From positions 1 through 29,637 of the forward strand of contig JBFMGU010000130.1 in NCBI GenBank assembly GCA_040752415.1: a stretch of DNA of 29,637 nt, written 5' to 3'. Under the pieces are notes generated by a model, which was not told the DNA's origin, ran no database searches, and saw only the letters and a list, made by a program, of their open reading frames with translations. The DNA is from Myxococcota bacterium (lineage in GTDB: Bacteria; Myxococcota; JACRCW01). Below are positions 27,065 through 29,637 of this stretch, in pieces (the first letter of the stretch is position 1; each line of letters opens with the position of its first letter). Position numbers and translations under genes: made by a program.

Positions 27065-29485
27065 TCAGAGGTGCCAGCTACCCAGCACCTCCTGCGCGCA
27101 TGACGGAATCACCGCGGTCTGCTCCAGCGCCCGCAGGTAGGCCCGCGCGTCGACGGAGGCCCGTTGTCCGGCGAGCGAGGGATGGCTCCACGCCTTCAGC
27201 GCCGGGCTGGGCGGGACGTGGATGGTGCAACCGGGTGCGTCGTCACCCACGTCCATGAGCGACCAGAAGAAGCTGGTGGCCTCGGAGAGCGTGGCGGGGC
27301 CGGCAGCGGTGCGGGGCCGGGCGGCCTGCGCGTCCTTGAGGGCAATGCCCGCCACGGAGGCCTGCGTGGTCCCCGGCTGCAGCCACACCGCCGTGGCGAA
27401 CGCCTGCGCGAAACCTTCCACGGCCAACGCCGCCGGCTCACCACACGGCGCGGTGGGCGCGGACAGCGGGCAGCCCTCGGGCACCGCGTCGTCGACGGCG
27501 GAAAGCCAGCGACGCTGCAGCACGTGCGCCATGGCATGCAGCACCGCGGGCCCATCCCGGGGCTGATGGACCGCGGCGGCCTGGGGCTCCTTGAAGGCGT
27601 GCAGCGAGGGAGCACAGCGCGGGTCGCGCGCGCCGGGGTGACCGCACAAGAGCAGCTGCAGGGGCGCCTGGCACGCGGGATGGGTGCACACGGCGTGGGC
27701 GGTTTCCGGCTCGGGGCGGAAGGAGCCCAGCACCGCGCGGGCCAGCGTGGCGGCGGCAAACACGTGCGCCACGTCCTCCAGCGAGGGCACGTTGGTTCCG
27801 CCCTCGGGCGGCGCCAGCACCAGGCGCACGTCCACACCGCTGGCCTTGCGCAATGGCCCCGACCACCACGCGGCCCCCACCGCGCGCCCCGTCTCGTCGA
27901 CGTCGCCGTTCATCACGCAGAACTCCGCGGAGGTGGCGCCGGGGTTGGCCACGCCGTCACAGAACGCGGTGCCCAGCACGAACGACTCCACCGGCTGCGT
28001 GAAGCGGATGGTGAACCCGCCGTCCAGGCCGGTGCGGGCGCAGCCCAGGACGCTGGCGGGGTCGCGGACCACCTGGGCGGGCATGGCTCCCGTCGTCAGC
28101 CGGTGGGCGCAGAGCATGAGGTCCTGCAGCGGCGCGTCGGCCTGCTCGACGAGGCGGGCGCCGGGCACGCTGTCGTGTCGACGCGGGAAGCTCACGCGGC
28201 CTTGCGCGCTGGCCACGGTGGCGGCAACCCGGGTGCGCGGCGGCACGGTGACCACGGTGGGTGGCGGCGGGGGCTCCAGGGTTGGGGTGCCGGTGGGCCA
28301 GAGCACGCCCAGCAGCACAGCGCTCACCACCGCGGCGCCCACGGTGAGGCCCAGCAGGCGCCAGGGTCGCGCGCCGGAGGACGCGGGGAGGGAGTGCTCG
28401 TCGGAAACCACCGACACGACGGCCTCGTCACCGCGCGTGATCACCGTGGAATGCGACATGGTGAGCACGGTCTGGTCGGGATCCGTCCCCACGCTCACGG
28501 CGTGCTGGTCCTCCACGCGCGTGCGCTCCGGCGCGGCCTCCTCGGCGGTCTTGTCGGGGTCGGAGCGTTGGTGGGTGTGGTCGGAGGCCAGCACCTTGCC
28601 AAAGCGGTTGAGCACGTCCTTCTTGAGGCACGCCTCCTCGAGCGCATGGGCCAGGTCCAGCGCGCTCTGGTAGCGGTGGGCCGGGTCCTGCGCGCACGCC
28701 ACGATGAGCACCTTGCGGAAGCTGGGCAGCAGGTTGGGCTGTTCCTTGACGCGTTTGACGTCCTCACCGCGCGTGACCTGTCGACTCAACGTGACCAGGT
28801 CCTTGCTGATGCGCAGGTGCTCGCCGGTGAGCAGGAAGAAGAGCAGCGCGCCGAGGGCGAACACGTCGCTGCGCGCATCCACGGTGATGCCCAGGAACTG
28901 CTCTGGGCTGAGGTAGCGCGCGGTGCCCACCACCTGGCCCGCGGTGGTCACGTTCTGCAGCTCCAGGATCTTGCAGACGCCAAAGTCCGTCACCACCGCG
29001 CGCCCGCCGGTGACGAGCATGATGTTCCCGGGCTTGATGTCGCGGTGGATGATGCCCTGCGCGTGGGCGGTGTAGAGGCCCACGGCGGCCTGGCGGATGA
29101 CGCTGGCGGCGGCGAGCGCGTCCATGGGGCCCTTGGTGCGCACCAGCTGGTCCAGGGTCTCGCCCTGCAACAGCTCCATGGCGTAGTAGGCCAGGACGCT
29201 GCCGTCGTCGCCGTCGACGCGACCGGCGTCAATGAGCTTCACCACGTTGGGGTGCTTGATCTGCCGGACGGCGCGCACCTCGAGGAGGAAGCGGGTGAGC
29301 GCGCGCTGGCCCTGGGCGGAGGAGAGGTCGGCGCGCAGGGTCTTGAGGGCCACGCGGGAGTTGTCGCGCAGGTCCTTGGCCTCGAAGACGATTCCAAAGC
29401 CACCGCGTCCCAGCTCTGAGAGCAGGACGTAGTCCCCCACGGTGCGGCCGACCCGCAAGAGCGGCGGGGAGGTGGCGGTGCTCAT
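27065..29485 (-). CDS. Transmembrane receptor-type Ser/Thr kinase with a large extracytoplasmic domain
   Basis: Motifs GRGGFG, VALK, HRDIKPGN, DFG and GTARYLSPEQ. TM helix LLGLTVGAAVVSAVLLGVLW, Pro-rich linker and a Cys-containing ectodomain. ATG 29485 chosen as start. Confidence 0.9.
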   Translation of the reverse strand: MSTATSPPLLRVGRTVGDYVLLSELGRGGFGIVFEAKDLRDNSRVALKTLRADLSSAQGQRALTRFLLEVRAVRQIKHPNVVKLIDAGRVDGDDGSVLAYYAMELLQGETLDQLVRTKGPMDALAAASVIRQAAVGLYTAHAQGIIHRDIKPGNIMLVTGGRAVVTDFGVCKILELQNVTTAGQVVGTARYLSPEQFLGITVDARSDVFALGALLFFLLTGEHLRISKDLVTLSRQVTRGEDVKRVKEQPNLLPSFRKVLIVACAQDPAHRYQSALDLAHALEEACLKKDVLNRFGKVLASDHTHQRSDPDKTAEEAAPERTRVEDQHAVSVGTDPDQTVLTMSHSTVITRGDEAVVSVVSDEHSLPASSGARPWRLLGLTVGAAVVSAVLLGVLWPTGTPTLEPPPPPTVVTVPPRTRVAATVASAQGRVSFPRRHDSVPGARLVEQADAPLQDLMLCAHRLTTGAMPAQVVRDPASVLGCARTGLDGGFTIRFTQPVESFVLGTAFCDGVANPGATSAEFCVMNGDVDETGRAVGAAWWSGPLRKASGVDVRLVLAPPEGGTNVPSLEDVAHVFAAATLARAVLGSFRPEPETAHAVCTHPACQAPLQLLLCGHPGARDPRCAPSLHAFKEPQAAAVHQPRDGPAVLHAMAHVLQRRWLSAVDDAVPEGCPLSAPTAPCGEPAALAVEGFAQAFATAVWLQPGTTQASVAGIALKDAQAARPRTAAGPATLSEATSFFWSLMDVGDDAPGCTIHVPPSPALKAWSHPSLAGQRASVDARAYLRALEQTAVIPSCAQEVLGSWHL

Positions 29486-29637
29486 ACCTGCGCCAAGGCT
29501 ACCCCCTTCAGGGGCCTCCGGGGCATTTTGTTTCCTCTTGGCGTCCAGGCCCTGCCGTCGGGAAAGAGCGAGGCCTTTCCCCACCCACGCCCCCACCCCC
29601 CGCCCCCCCCCCACCCCCACCCCGGCCGGCCCACCAC

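Overview
GC-rich bacterial window, probably from Myxococcota. This is inferred from three Hanks-type Ser/Thr kinases, a Ser/Gly-rich lipoprotein and two MYXO-CTERM-like proteins. Gene order: C-terminal-domain kinase (5' end probably outside the window), TAXI-type binding protein, Ser-rich lipoprotein, kinase-AAA protein, SWIM + SNF2 pair, a nucleotidyltransferase-like remnant, a secreted transglutaminase-like/TPR protein and moeA. Next is a ~1.05 kb non-coding mosaic of two families of nested palindromic repeats (REP/BIME-like). After it come a HAMP histidine kinase / TonB-dependent receptor / YfiR module and a lower-GC type II restriction-modification pair. The window ends with a minus-strand run: SDR, two paralogous surface proteins, USP, M20 amidohydrolase, M14 hydrolase and a receptor kinase. 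The most notable unexplained structure is the palindrome mosaic (13322-14366). It is cut off exactly at a 38-bp copy (37/38 identical) of an internal piece of the SDR gene 6.9 kb away, so this direct repeat brackets the signalling + R-M block. A second, smaller insertion scar with a 13-bp direct repeat sits at 9886-10040. All family calls come from motif recognition by eye, with no database searches.
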